A stretch of DNA of 37,802 nt from assembly GCA_036985935.1 (NCBI GenBank), contig BTQP01000002.1, forward strand, positions 1-37,802. Direction: 5' to 3'. The stretch's first letter is position 1; each line of letters opens with the position of its first letter. This document shows, piece by piece, positions 25,679 to 34,537 of this stretch. The notes beneath the pieces are model-generated. The model was not told the origin of the DNA, made no database searches, and saw only the letters and a list, made by a program, of their open reading frames with translations. Source of the stretch: Acidimicrobiia bacterium. GTDB taxonomy: Bacteria > Actinomycetota > Acidimicrobiia > Spongiisociales > UBA5794. The position numbers and the translations under genes were made by a program.

Positions 25679-27144
25679 GCTTCGTACGCCCCCGATGTAA
25701 CGTCCCCGCCGTGGCCCGTCCAGTCGGTGTGAAACCACTCCCCACGCTCCGCATCGGTTCGTTCATAGGTATGCGCGCCAAAGTAGTCGCGTTGCGCTTG
25801 AATCAGGTTGGCCGGCACGCGTTGCGAGCGGTAGGCGTCGTAGAACGCCAGAGCGGACGAATATGCAGGTACGGGTATACCAGCCCGGACCGCCCGGACG
25901 ACCGTTCGCCTCCAGCCAGGGAGGGATGTTTCGATTTCGCCCGCAAAGAAGTCGTCGAGCAGCAGGTTCGCGAGGCCGGGTTGAGCCCGATACGCCGAGG
26001 TGATGTCTTCGAGAAACCGTGACCTGATGATGCACCCTGCCCGCCAGAGTCCGGCGATCGTGCCCTGGTCGAGATTCCACTCATGCTCATGGCTTGCTGC
26101 GTTGATCAGCATGAAACCTTGCGCATACGAGATGATCTTCGACGCGTAGAGGGCATCGCTCAGATCATCGATGACGCCATCTGCGTCGAAGTGCGACGTG
26201 TCGATCGGAGTCGGGAACCGCAGAGAAACGAGCGTCCGTTCATCCACCAGGGCCGACACCATGCGTGCGTACACGGACTCAGCGACAAGGGAGACGGGCA
26301 CTCCTTGATCCATCGATGCGATGACCGTCCACTTGCCGGTGCCTTTCTGTCCTGCCGCGTCGAGTATGTGATCGATCGTGTGGACCCCGTCGGGTTCCTT
26401 GTGCCCAAGGATGTCGGCGGTGATCTCGATCAAGTAGGAGCGGAGGTTGCCCTCATTCCAGAACCTGAATTGCTCCGACATCTGATCGGGTGAATGGCCC
26501 ATGCCGCGGGTCATGATGTCGTAGGCCTCTGCAATGACCTGCATATCTCCATATTCGATCCCGTTGTGCACCATCTTGACGTAGTGGCCGGAACCTCCAG
26601 GCCCGATCCATGCAGCCATCGGTTCGCCGTTCGCTGTTGCCGCTATCGCCGTGATCGCGTTGCGGATAACCGGCCACGCCGTCTCATCTCCGCCCGGCAT
26701 GATCGAGGGGCCATGACGTGCGCCTTCCTCTCCGCCAGAGATGCCCGCTCCGACATAGGCGATACCGCTTCCGCGTAGCTGTTCGTACCGCCGCTGGGTG
26801 TCGGTGAAGAGCGAATTGCCACCGTCGACGATGACATCACCGTCCTCCAGCAAAGGCAAAAGGGCGTCGATCTGGTCGTCGACTGCGGAGCCCGCTTTGA
26901 TCATGATCAGAATCGTGCGGGGTCGCGCTATCGCCGCGACAAATGACTCGAGGTCGTAGGTAGGGACCACAGCCCGTGCGGATGCGCTACCTCGCGCGAA
27001 CTCCTTCGTGCGACGTGGACTGCGATTGAAGACTGCGACACGAAAATCGTGGTCCGCGAGGTTGAGGACGAGATTCTGGCCCATCACGGCCAAGCCGATC
27101 ACTCCAATATCAGCTTGGGTTTGGGCTGGCAACTCGATTCTCAC
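25675..27144 (-). CDS. gnd: 6-phosphogluconate dehydrogenase (decarboxylating)
   Basis: IGVIGLAVMGQNLVLN, GGNS.F.DT, GISGGEEGARHGPSIMPGG, HNGIEYGDMQ. Confidence 0.9.
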   Translation of the reverse strand: MRIELPAQTQADIGVIGLAVMGQNLVLNLADHDFRVAVFNRSPRRTKEFARGSASARAVVPTYDLESFVAAIARPRTILIMIKAGSAVDDQIDALLPLLEDGDVIVDGGNSLFTDTQRRYEQLRGSGIAYVGAGISGGEEGARHGPSIMPGGDETAWPVIRNAITAIAATANGEPMAAWIGPGGSGHYVKMVHNGIEYGDMQVIAEAYDIMTRGMGHSPDQMSEQFRFWNEGNLRSYLIEITADILGHKEPDGVHTIDHILDAAGQKGTGKWTVIASMDQGVPVSLVAESVYARMVSALVDERTLVSLRFPTPIDTSHFDADGVIDDLSDALYASKIISYAQGFMLINAASHEHEWNLDQGTIAGLWRAGCIIRSRFLEDITSAYRAQPGLANLLLDDFFAGEIETSLPGWRRTVVRAVRAGIPVPAYSSALAFYDAYRSQRVPANLIQAQRDYFGAHTYERTDAERGEWFHTDWTGHGGDVTSGAYEA

Positions 27145-27153
27145 TCTCCGGTG

Positions 27154-28230
27154 TCAGGCAGCGTACCCACGAATGGCAGCCACAACCGCGGCGCCCATCT
27201 CGGTCGTGCTGACCGATTCCTGACCGGCCGCAATATCCGATGTCCTCAATCCCGAATCGAGCACGCTATCGACCACGTTCTCGATCGCGTCCGCCTCTGA
27301 CTCGAGGTCAAGCGAATATCTGAGTCCCATTGCTGCCGAGAGGATCGCTGCCAGTGGGTTCGCGGTCCCGGTGCCTGCGATGTCGGGCGCTGAGCCGTGG
27401 ATCGGTTCGAAAAGGCCCGGACCCGAGTCGCCGATCGAGGCCGACGGCAACAAACCGATCGACCCTGGCAACATCGAGGCTTCGTCTGTCAATATGTCAC
27501 CGAACAAGTTGCCTGTGACAACAACATCGAAGTCCGACGGACGCGAGATGAGGAACATCGCCATGGCATCGACGAGAATGCTTTCGTAGCTGACATCTGG
27601 AAACTCAGACGCCATGACTCTGTCCGTGGTCGCCCTCCACAGACGCGATACAGCGAGGACGTTCGCTTTGTCGACGGAAACCAGCTTTCCGGACCGACTT
27701 CGTGCCGCTCGGGCAGCGAGTCGCACGATGCGCTCTATCTCAGCGATCGAGTACTGCATATGGTCGGCGACCGTTGTCCCATCGTCCGATTCGCTTGACC
27801 CTCCGAAGTAGATCCCGCCCGTCAGTTCGCGAAAGAAGAGGATGTCGACCCCCTCCACCACCTCTGGTTTCAGAGGCGAGGCGCCGGCCAGTTGTCGATG
27901 AACCTGCACGGGTCGGATATTGGCGAAGAGCCCGAGTTCTTGCCGGATCCTCAACAGGCCCTGCTCGGGACGAACCTGCGCTAGCGGATCGCTCCACCGG
28001 GGACCTCCAACGGCGCCGAGGAGAACGATGTCCGAGTCCGCCACGCCGGTGAGTGTTTCTTGAGGCAGTGGGTCACCTGTGGCATCCATCGCGCATCCAC
28101 CGATCAGATAGCGGGTGAACGAGAAATCATGGCCGAACCGGTCTGCCACGGCGCTCAAGACGCGCGCGGACTCGTCGATGATCTCAGGGCCTATGCCGTC
28201 GCCGGGGAGCAGAGCGATCGATGCACGCAT
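27154..28230 (-). CDS. leuB: 3-isopropylmalate dehydrogenase
   Basis: IALLPGDGIGPEI, FFRELTGGIYFG, NLFGDILTDEASML, HGSAPDIAG. Confidence 0.9.
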   Translation of the reverse strand: MRASIALLPGDGIGPEIIDESARVLSAVADRFGHDFSFTRYLIGGCAMDATGDPLPQETLTGVADSDIVLLGAVGGPRWSDPLAQVRPEQGLLRIRQELGLFANIRPVQVHRQLAGASPLKPEVVEGVDILFFRELTGGIYFGGSSESDDGTTVADHMQYSIAEIERIVRLAARAARSRSGKLVSVDKANVLAVSRLWRATTDRVMASEFPDVSYESILVDAMAMFLISRPSDFDVVVTGNLFGDILTDEASMLPGSIGLLPSASIGDSGPGLFEPIHGSAPDIAGTGTANPLAAILSAAMGLRYSLDLESEADAIENVVDSVLDSGLRTSDIAAGQESVSTTEMGAAVVAAIRGYAA

Positions 28231-28234
28231 CAGG

Positions 28235-29764
28235 TCATGCGTCTTCGTGTTCCGTAGCCATCGCCACTGTGGCCTTGTTCAGAGCCGAGATCATCGCTCT
28301 GGCCGAGCCCTCGACGACATCCGTCGAGACTCCCTGGCCCGAGTAGGTTGCCGCCCCCACCATGATGATGACGTTCACGTTTGCCATGGCATCTGCCCCC
28401 GAGGTCAGGGGTGAGACGCGATAGTCCGCAAGGGTTGCCGGGATCGTGAAGGCATCCTGGAGTGCAACGAACGTGGCGTTGACCATGCCGTCGCCCTCGG
28501 CGGTCGATGTCAACGATTCTCCGTCCCGCTCGATGGAGACAGTTGCAACAGGGGTATCGTCGGAGCCGCCTGAGACATGGATACTGGTCAGGCTCCATTC
28601 TCCCGACTCGCTGTGCGTTTCCGCTGCAACGATCGCACGGAGTCCTTCCTCGGTGATCTCGCCTTTTCTGTCCGCCAGTTCCTTGAAGCGTGCGAATGAT
28701 CGCGCGAATTTGTCATCGGAAAGCGCTATTCCAATTTTCGCAAGGGCATCGGCGAAAGCGGCGCGTCCCGAGTGTTTCCCGAGGACGATGACCGACTTCT
28801 GTCCGACGGTCGAGGCATCCATGATCTCGTAGGTCTCGCGATTGCGAAGGACGCCGTGCTGGTGGATTCCGGATTCGTGTGCAAAGGCGTTGCGACCGAC
28901 AACCGCCTTGTTGTACTGAATGGGGTACCCCGTGAGGCTGGATACCAGTCGAGATGTTTCAAAGATCTCCTTCGTGTTGGCACCGATCTCAACATCGAAG
29001 TGGTCGGGGCGGGTGGTGATCGCCATGATGATCTCTTCGGTTGACGTATTCCCCGCTCGCTCACCGATACCGTTGATCGCTCCTTCGATCTGGCGCGCAC
29101 CTGCCGCGATCGCTGAAAGCGAGTTTGCGACAGCCATGCCCAGATCGTTGTGGCAGTGGGTTGAAATGACCACATCCTCGTTACCGCCACGGACGTCGGT
29201 GAATACCCTTCTCAGCAGTTCAACGAAGTCATCTGGCATCGCGTATCCGACCGTGTCGGGAATGTTGATGGTGGTCGCACCTGCTTTCACAGCGGCGTTG
29301 CAGATCTCAACGATGAAATCGGGATCCGAACGTGTCGCATCTTGTGGGGAAAACTCGACATCATCGACGTATCTCTTTGCTCGTGTCACGCCTGCCTTGG
29401 CTGAAGCGAGCACTTCTTGAGGTGTCATACGGAGCATTTGCTCCATGTGAATCGGAGACGTCGAGGTGAACACGTGAATCCGTTTGCGGTTCGCACGCTT
29501 GAGTGCGTCAGCGGCGCGGTCGATATCGTCGGGGTGCGTACGAGCAAGCGATGCGATTACGGGTCCCGAAATCTCAGCCGCGATCCGTGACACGGACTCG
29601 AAGTCTCCAGGACTTGAAGCAGCGAATCCAGCTTCGATGACATCGACCTTGAGCTTCGCAAGCTGCCTCGCGATAGCGACCTTGTCATCAGGTGACAGCG
29701 CAATGCCTGGTGCCTGCTCGCCGTCACGAAGCGTTGTATCGAAAATGATCAGTTTGTCGTCCAT
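28235..29764 (-). CDS. leuA: 2-isopropylmalate synthase
   Basis: IFDTTLRDGEQAPG, HCHNDLGMAVANSL, and a C-terminal LeuA dimerisation/regulatory domain. 509 aa. Confidence 0.9.
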   Translation of the reverse strand: MDDKLIIFDTTLRDGEQAPGIALSPDDKVAIARQLAKLKVDVIEAGFAASSPGDFESVSRIAAEISGPVIASLARTHPDDIDRAADALKRANRKRIHVFTSTSPIHMEQMLRMTPQEVLASAKAGVTRAKRYVDDVEFSPQDATRSDPDFIVEICNAAVKAGATTINIPDTVGYAMPDDFVELLRRVFTDVRGGNEDVVISTHCHNDLGMAVANSLSAIAAGARQIEGAINGIGERAGNTSTEEIIMAITTRPDHFDVEIGANTKEIFETSRLVSSLTGYPIQYNKAVVGRNAFAHESGIHQHGVLRNRETYEIMDASTVGQKSVIVLGKHSGRAAFADALAKIGIALSDDKFARSFARFKELADRKGEITEEGLRAIVAAETHSESGEWSLTSIHVSGGSDDTPVATVSIERDGESLTSTAEGDGMVNATFVALQDAFTIPATLADYRVSPLTSGADAMANVNVIIMVGAATYSGQGVSTDVVEGSARAMISALNKATVAMATEHEDA

Positions 29765-29810
29765 GCTGCTGGTCCCTTCGTGCTACGTGTTGCGTTGTAC
29801 GTGTTACGTC

Positions 29811-30824
29811 CTACACGTCGTCCTCTGGGCTCTTTGGCACCAGGAACGTCATCATGTCTCTCAGTTCTTTTCCCGTCTTTTCGACCGGGTGCTCAGCTAC
29901 GGCAGCCCGTGCCGCCTCGAGTCGCGGTGAGCCAGCTCTGTACTCGGCCATCCACTCCCTGGCGAATTCTCCCGATTGGATCTCCCCGAGAATCTTCTTC
30001 ATCTCAGCCTTTGTCTCCGCGGTGACGATGCGTGGTCCTCGCGTGACGTCGCCATACTCAGCTGTGTCGGAGATCGAGTGCCGCATCCATTGGATGCCTC
30101 CCTCCCACAGGAGATCGACGATCAACTTGAGCTCGTGGAGTACCTCGAAGTAGGCCATTTCCGGTGCATATCCAGCTTCGGTGAGCGTCTCAAATGCGGC
30201 CTGGATGAGTGCATCCGTGCCCCCGCACAGGATGACTTGTTCCCCAAAGAGATCCGTCTCCGTTTCGGCGTCGAACGTGGTCACGATGACGCCTCCACGG
30301 GTCCCCCCGATCCCGTGTGCGTAGGACAATCCAAGAGCTTGTGCATCCCCTGTGGCGTCCTGGTGCACCGCAAGCAGCGTTGGAACGCCTGATCCCTCGA
30401 CGAATTGTCGTCTGACGAGGTGTCCTGGCCCTTTCGGCGCGACCATCACGACATCGACGTATTCCGGCGGCGTGATGAATCCGAAGTGGATCGAGAAGCC
30501 GTGGGCGAAGAACAGGGCATCACCGGGCGAGAGGTTCGGTGCGATGAGGTCCTCGTACACTTCTGGCTGTACCTGGTCGGGTACGAGAACCATGATGACG
30601 TCGGCCCACTCGACCGCCGACGCCGGGTCAACAACCTTCAGGCCAGCGTCAGAGGCCGCCGCTACCCTGGGTGAGTTATGGCGCAATCCGACGACCACAT
30701 CGACGCCGGAGTCCTTCAGGTTGAGCGCATGGGCGTGACCCTGGCTCCCGAACCCGAGAACGGCTACTTTCCGGCGCGTGATGAGCCCTGGATCCGCATC
30801 TGATTCGTAGTACATGGTGGTCAT
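29811..30824 (-). CDS. ilvC: Ketol-acid reductoisomerase
   Basis: [29 protein letters not shown]...[11 protein letters not shown]. Confidence 0.95.
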   Translation of the reverse strand: MTTMYYESDADPGLITRRKVAVLGFGSQGHAHALNLKDSGVDVVVGLRHNSPRVAAASDAGLKVVDPASAVEWADVIMVLVPDQVQPEVYEDLIAPNLSPGDALFFAHGFSIHFGFITPPEYVDVVMVAPKGPGHLVRRQFVEGSGVPTLLAVHQDATGDAQALGLSYAHGIGGTRGGVIVTTFDAETETDLFGEQVILCGGTDALIQAAFETLTEAGYAPEMAYFEVLHELKLIVDLLWEGGIQWMRHSISDTAEYGDVTRGPRIVTAETKAEMKKILGEIQSGEFAREWMAEYRAGSPRLEAARAAVAEHPVEKTGKELRDMMTFLVPKSPEDDV

Positions 30825-30835
30825 CGTATTGGCTC

Positions 30836-31339
30836 CTATGCCGATTTTCGTTGTTTCTTCGACGCCGACTTGGTGTCCTTTGCGAGTGCGATGCGTCCCG
30901 ATTTCACAAGGCTCACAATCCCGTAAGGACGCATGATCTCAAGGAAGTCGGACAGTCGCGACGGCTCCCCAACGATCTCGAATGTGATCGTGTGCGCACC
31001 GACGTCGACAGCCTTCGCCTCGAAAATGTTCGCTGCGTCGAGTATCTCGCCTCTTCGTTGGGTTTCGGCATTTACGCGCACCAGCATGATCTCTCGTTCG
31101 ACTGCTTCGCCTGGCGCATGCTCAGTGACCTTGAGCGTGTGCACGAGTTTGTAGAGCTGTTTGACGATCTGCTCCATCTCGGGTCCGTCGACGACGAGCG
31201 TCATTCGTGAACGTGTTGGGTCCTCGGTGGGGCCCACGGTGAGGGAATGGATGTTGAAGTCCCTGCGAGCGAACATCGAAGAAACTCGTGCAAGGACCCC
31301 TGGCTTATTCTCGACCGTGACGGATATGACATGTTGCAT
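30836..31339 (-). CDS. ilvN: Acetolactate synthase small (regulatory) subunit
   Basis: [34 protein letters not shown] is the ACT domain. The start overlaps the ilvB stop by 1 nt. Confidence 0.9.
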   Translation of the reverse strand: MQHVISVTVENKPGVLARVSSMFARRDFNIHSLTVGPTEDPTRSRMTLVVDGPEMEQIVKQLYKLVHTLKVTEHAPGEAVEREIMLVRVNAETQRRGEILDAANIFEAKAVDVGAHTITFEIVGEPSRLSDFLEIMRPYGIVSLVKSGRIALAKDTKSASKKQRKSA

Positions 31340-33054
31340 CAGAGGTCCTCCAGACCCATGAAGATCTTGTCGTTCGAGCCGCCTGCCTGGATCATCGGGA
31401 AGACCATGGCATCGGGGTCACACACGAACTCCATGACGACCGGCTTGTCGTTGACCTCAAGCGCCTTTTCGATGGTCGGCACGACCTCCTCGGGTGTTTC
31501 AGCTCGAAATCCAGCACACCCCATCGCTTCGGCAAGCATCACGATGTTGGGGATCGATGACGACAATTCGGTAGCGCTGTACCGGTTGTCGTAGAACAAC
31601 GACTGCCACTGTCTGACCATCCCGAGATTGGCGTTGTTCATGACAGCGATCTTGACCGGGATCTTCTCTACCGCTGCGGTGATCAATTCTTGGAACGTCA
31701 TCTGGAAACAGCCGTCCCCATCGATCGCAATGACAGTGGAGTCCGGCATGCCGGCCTTGGCACCGACAGCCGCGGGCACCGCGAAACCCATCGTTCCCAG
31801 GCCACCGGAGTTGATCCACTTGTTCGGGTGCTCGAATTGCCAGAACTGCGACGTCCACATTTGGTGTTGGCCTACGCCGGCAACAACGATGCCATCCGGC
31901 CCGATGTGCTTTGCGAGTTCGGAGATGACGTATTGCTGCTGGATGGGACCATCGGGGTTCTGGTCGTACTTGAGGGGGAATTGTTCCTGCCAGCCGTGAA
32001 GGGTCGCGAACCAGTCTTCTCTCCCCGGCGCCCCGTCCTTCCCGACTTTCTCGCGCCCCGCTTCTATGAGTTGCCCGAGAACTGCCTTTGCATCACCGAC
32101 GATCGGCACGTCGGGTTTGCGTATCTTCCCGATCTCTGCAGGGTCGACGTCGACGTGGATGATCTTCGCTCCGGGAGCGAACGCCGCCGGGTCACCCGTG
32201 ACACGGTCATCGAAGCGGGTTCCGACAGCGATCAGTAGGTCAGCTTTTTGCATCGAGGTTGATGCGGTGTACGTGCCGTGCATTCCCGGCATTCCCAGCG
32301 CGAGCGGGTTCGAGTCGGGAATTGCGCCTCGCGCCATGAGCGTTGTTACGACAGGGAGGTTCTGCTCCATGGCGAATCGTGTGAGTTCTTCGCTCGCACC
32401 GGCTCTGATGATTCCGCCTCCTGCGTACAGAACCGGACGTTTGGATTCGAGGATCATCTCGATCGCTGACGTGACCTGACGTGGATGACCCTTGACCGAT
32501 GGTTTGTAGCCGGGAAGGTCGAGACGTCCCGGCCCGTTCCATGTGCCCTCGGCCATCAGTGCATCCTTCGTGATGTCCACAAGAACGGGGCCCGGCCTGC
32601 CGGTCGACGCAATGTGGAAGGCCTCTTTGATCGCAGGCGCGATTTCATCGACATCCGTGATGATGTAGTTGTGTTTCGTTGCGGGCATCGAAATGCCCCA
32701 GGTGTGAGCTTCTTGGAATGCATCGAGCCCGATTGACGTGGACCCGACCTGTCCGGTCACTGCCACGACAGGTATCGAATCCATATACGCATCTGCGAGT
32801 GGTGTGATCAGGTTCGTCGCGCCGGGACCTGATGTCGCAAAGGTGACTCCGACCCGCCCGGTGGCATGGGCATAGCCCGAAGCCATGTGTCCGCCACCCT
32901 GCTCGTGGCGCACAAGGACGTGTCGAATCGAGCTGTCATACAGAGAGTCGTACGCCCGGAGAATGGCCCCGCCGGGCATGCCGAAGATGACCTCGACCCC
33001 TTCGTGTTCGAGTGCCTTGATCAGGATGTCTGCACCTACGAGCGTGTCTGTCAT
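31339..33054 (-). CDS. ilvB: Acetolactate synthase large (catalytic) subunit
   Basis: ThDP enzyme motifs: [51 protein letters not shown]. Confidence 0.95.
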   Translation of the reverse strand: MTDTLVGADILIKALEHEGVEVIFGMPGGAILRAYDSLYDSSIRHVLVRHEQGGGHMASGYAHATGRVGVTFATSGPGATNLITPLADAYMDSIPVVAVTGQVGSTSIGLDAFQEAHTWGISMPATKHNYIITDVDEIAPAIKEAFHIASTGRPGPVLVDITKDALMAEGTWNGPGRLDLPGYKPSVKGHPRQVTSAIEMILESKRPVLYAGGGIIRAGASEELTRFAMEQNLPVVTTLMARGAIPDSNPLALGMPGMHGTYTASTSMQKADLLIAVGTRFDDRVTGDPAAFAPGAKIIHVDVDPAEIGKIRKPDVPIVGDAKAVLGQLIEAGREKVGKDGAPGREDWFATLHGWQEQFPLKYDQNPDGPIQQQYVISELAKHIGPDGIVVAGVGQHQMWTSQFWQFEHPNKWINSGGLGTMGFAVPAAVGAKAGMPDSTVIAIDGDGCFQMTFQELITAAVEKIPVKIAVMNNANLGMVRQWQSLFYDNRYSATELSSSIPNIVMLAEAMGCAGFRAETPEEVVPTIEKALEVNDKPVVMEFVCDPDAMVFPMIQAGGSNDKIFMGLEDL

Positions 33055-33073
33055 GTTGTCTCTCCGGATAAGG

Positions 33074-33099
33074 AAAACCCCCCGGGTTACGGAGGGTTT
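33074..33099 (-). terminator. Attenuator-type hairpin plus U-tract in the ilvB leader
   Basis: On the minus strand the RNA reads AAACCCUCCG-UAACC-CGGGGGGUUUU. The core is a 7-bp GC-rich stem (one G.U) followed by UUUU. It lies 22 nt after the leader-peptide stop and 19 nt before the ilvB ATG. Confidence 0.5.
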
Positions 33100-33121
33100 G
33101 GCGCACCGTCGTGTGATGCGC

Positions 33122-33160
33122 CTATCTAAGAATGAGTACGAGTGTGTGTTCTGTGTTCAT
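33122..33160 (-). CDS. ilvB leader peptide [12 protein letters not shown] (12 aa)
   Basis: ATG AAC ACA GAA CAC ACA CTC GTA CTC ATT CTT AGA TAG, with five consecutive Leu/Val/Ile codons. It sits between a sigma70-like promoter and the hairpin/U-tract upstream of ilvB. Confidence 0.55.
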   Translation of the reverse strand: MNTEHTLVLILR

Positions 33161-33190
33161 GGTGTCTTCGCCCACGTGGAGCGTGGACGC

Positions 33191-33218
33191 AGTATTGCAT
33201 CCTGTCATTTCATGTCAA
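33191..33218 (-). promoter_or_regulatory. Candidate promoter for the ilvB leader: TTGACA-N16-(TGC)AATACT
   Basis: On the minus strand there is a perfect -35 TTGACA (33213-33218), a 16-nt spacer ending in TGC (extended -10-like), and AATACT (33191-33196). The leader ATG is about 30 nt downstream. Confidence 0.4.
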
Positions 33219-33261
33219 GATGACGGCTGCATTGTTTGCAGAAGACGGCTGCAATGTTTGT
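33218..33261. repeat. Two head-to-tail copies of a 22-nt unit (19/22 identical)
   Basis: AGATGACGGCTGCATTGTTTGC (33218-33239) and AGAAGACGGCTGCAATGTTTGT (33240-33261). The repeat abuts the -35 of the ilvB leader promoter and ends 17 nt before the ATG of the divergent NYN gene. Confidence 0.8.
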
Positions 33262-33277
33262 ATAGGAGTCGAAGAAA

Positions 33278-34486
33278 ATGACCGCACAACAAGTGAGAGT
33301 CCTCTGCAATGTTGTCGATGTCGCCCGCATCGAGCTGCGAGATATGGATGAAGACGATCTGCCTTCCAGGCTGCGGAAGGTCGCAAAGAACAGCGCACGC
33401 GTGCTGCCCACGCCATTCGCTCAGTCGATCTTGAAAGAGATTCTGCTCAACGAGAGGTTTCGAGACGCCGTGTTGAGCAGGTGGCAGGATGAGGGGTTGG
33501 ACGACCCCATCGGGCTCGCGTACTTGAAGGACCCCGTCGGATCTCAAGACCTTGTCGTGCGGACAGATCTCGAGCGTGAGATCTCTCTCCGAGAGAGTGA
33601 GGCAAAAAGCCACGTGTTGAGGATCACTTCGCTCGAGGGGCAACTGCGAGAGGCGAAACGGAGGCTGAAGGCCGACAGAGATGACCACGTGGAGCTGATC
33701 AGTCGCCTTGGCGCCCGAGACGAGGAAAAGCGCAAGTCACTCCTGCGATCCAAGAGAGAGGCAGAAGCCGCGAGGGATGACGCCCAAAAAGCGCTCGAAA
33801 CGAGCGAGCAGACGATTCGGTCATTGCGTGCCGAACTTGCTGATGCAGCGGAGAGGATGCGGCGGGGCCTTGAACGTGAAAAGCGAAAGGCAACTTCGTC
33901 GGTTGAGCCAAGGGGTGATCAACGGCCGCTTCCTCCGTCGGATCCTGTGGCGTTCGCGGCGTGGCTTGATGCCGTCGAGAGGATTCAGCGTCCCTATCGC
34001 GATGCCGAGCGTCTTGAGTCTTTGTCGCCGAAGCCCGAGCTGTTCGAGATTCCCGACGGCATCTCCCCCGATGATCGCCGGGCGGTTGAGGCCCTCATCG
34101 CTCAGCGTCCACGGGTGATCGTGATCGATGGCTACAACGTCGCTGGGCTTCTACCGGGTGAGACACTGGCGTCCGCCTCGAACCGGGCCTCAGTGATTTC
34201 CAAGGCGGAACGGCTCTCGTTCGCGAGTGGTGCCAGCGTGATCGTGGTGTTCGACGCAGAAGGGTCCGGCTCTGACGATGCGCGAGCGCAGTTCCTGTCG
34301 CCAGGTGGCGTTGAGGTTCGGTTCTCGATGACGGAGTCTGCCGACGACTACATAGTCGACCTCATCCTGTCCGACAGCAAGAGATCGGTGTTGGTCACCA
34401 ACGACCGGGAGCTGCGCGAAAGATGTCTTGTCGATGGATGTGTGCCGGTGTGGTCGAGCGCGTTCGTGGATTGGTCGATTCACTAA
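33278..34486 (+). CDS. NYN/YacP-like (PIN-related) ribonuclease-domain protein with a charged coiled-coil N-terminal half
   Basis: The C-terminal RVIVIDGYNVAG ... VIVVFDAEGS ... SADDYIVDLI ... VLVTNDRELRERC matches NYN/YacP architecture. The central 150 aa are Glu/Arg/Lys/Ala-rich. AGGAG lies 9 nt upstream of the ATG. Confidence 0.65.
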   Translation: MTAQQVRVLCNVVDVARIELRDMDEDDLPSRLRKVAKNSARVLPTPFAQSILKEILLNERFRDAVLSRWQDEGLDDPIGLAYLKDPVGSQDLVVRTDLEREISLRESEAKSHVLRITSLEGQLREAKRRLKADRDDHVELISRLGARDEEKRKSLLRSKREAEAARDDAQKALETSEQTIRSLRAELADAAERMRRGLEREKRKATSSVEPRGDQRPLPPSDPVAFAAWLDAVERIQRPYRDAERLESLSPKPELFEIPDGISPDDRRAVEALIAQRPRVIVIDGYNVAGLLPGETLASASNRASVISKAERLSFASGASVIVVFDAEGSGSDDARAQFLSPGGVEVRFSMTESADDYIVDLILSDSKRSVLVTNDRELRERCLVDGCVPVWSSAFVDWSIH

Positions 34487-34537
34487 ACACCGGACCGTCG
34501 TGCACCGATACAAACTCAAGCGAAACATCGGAGTGCG

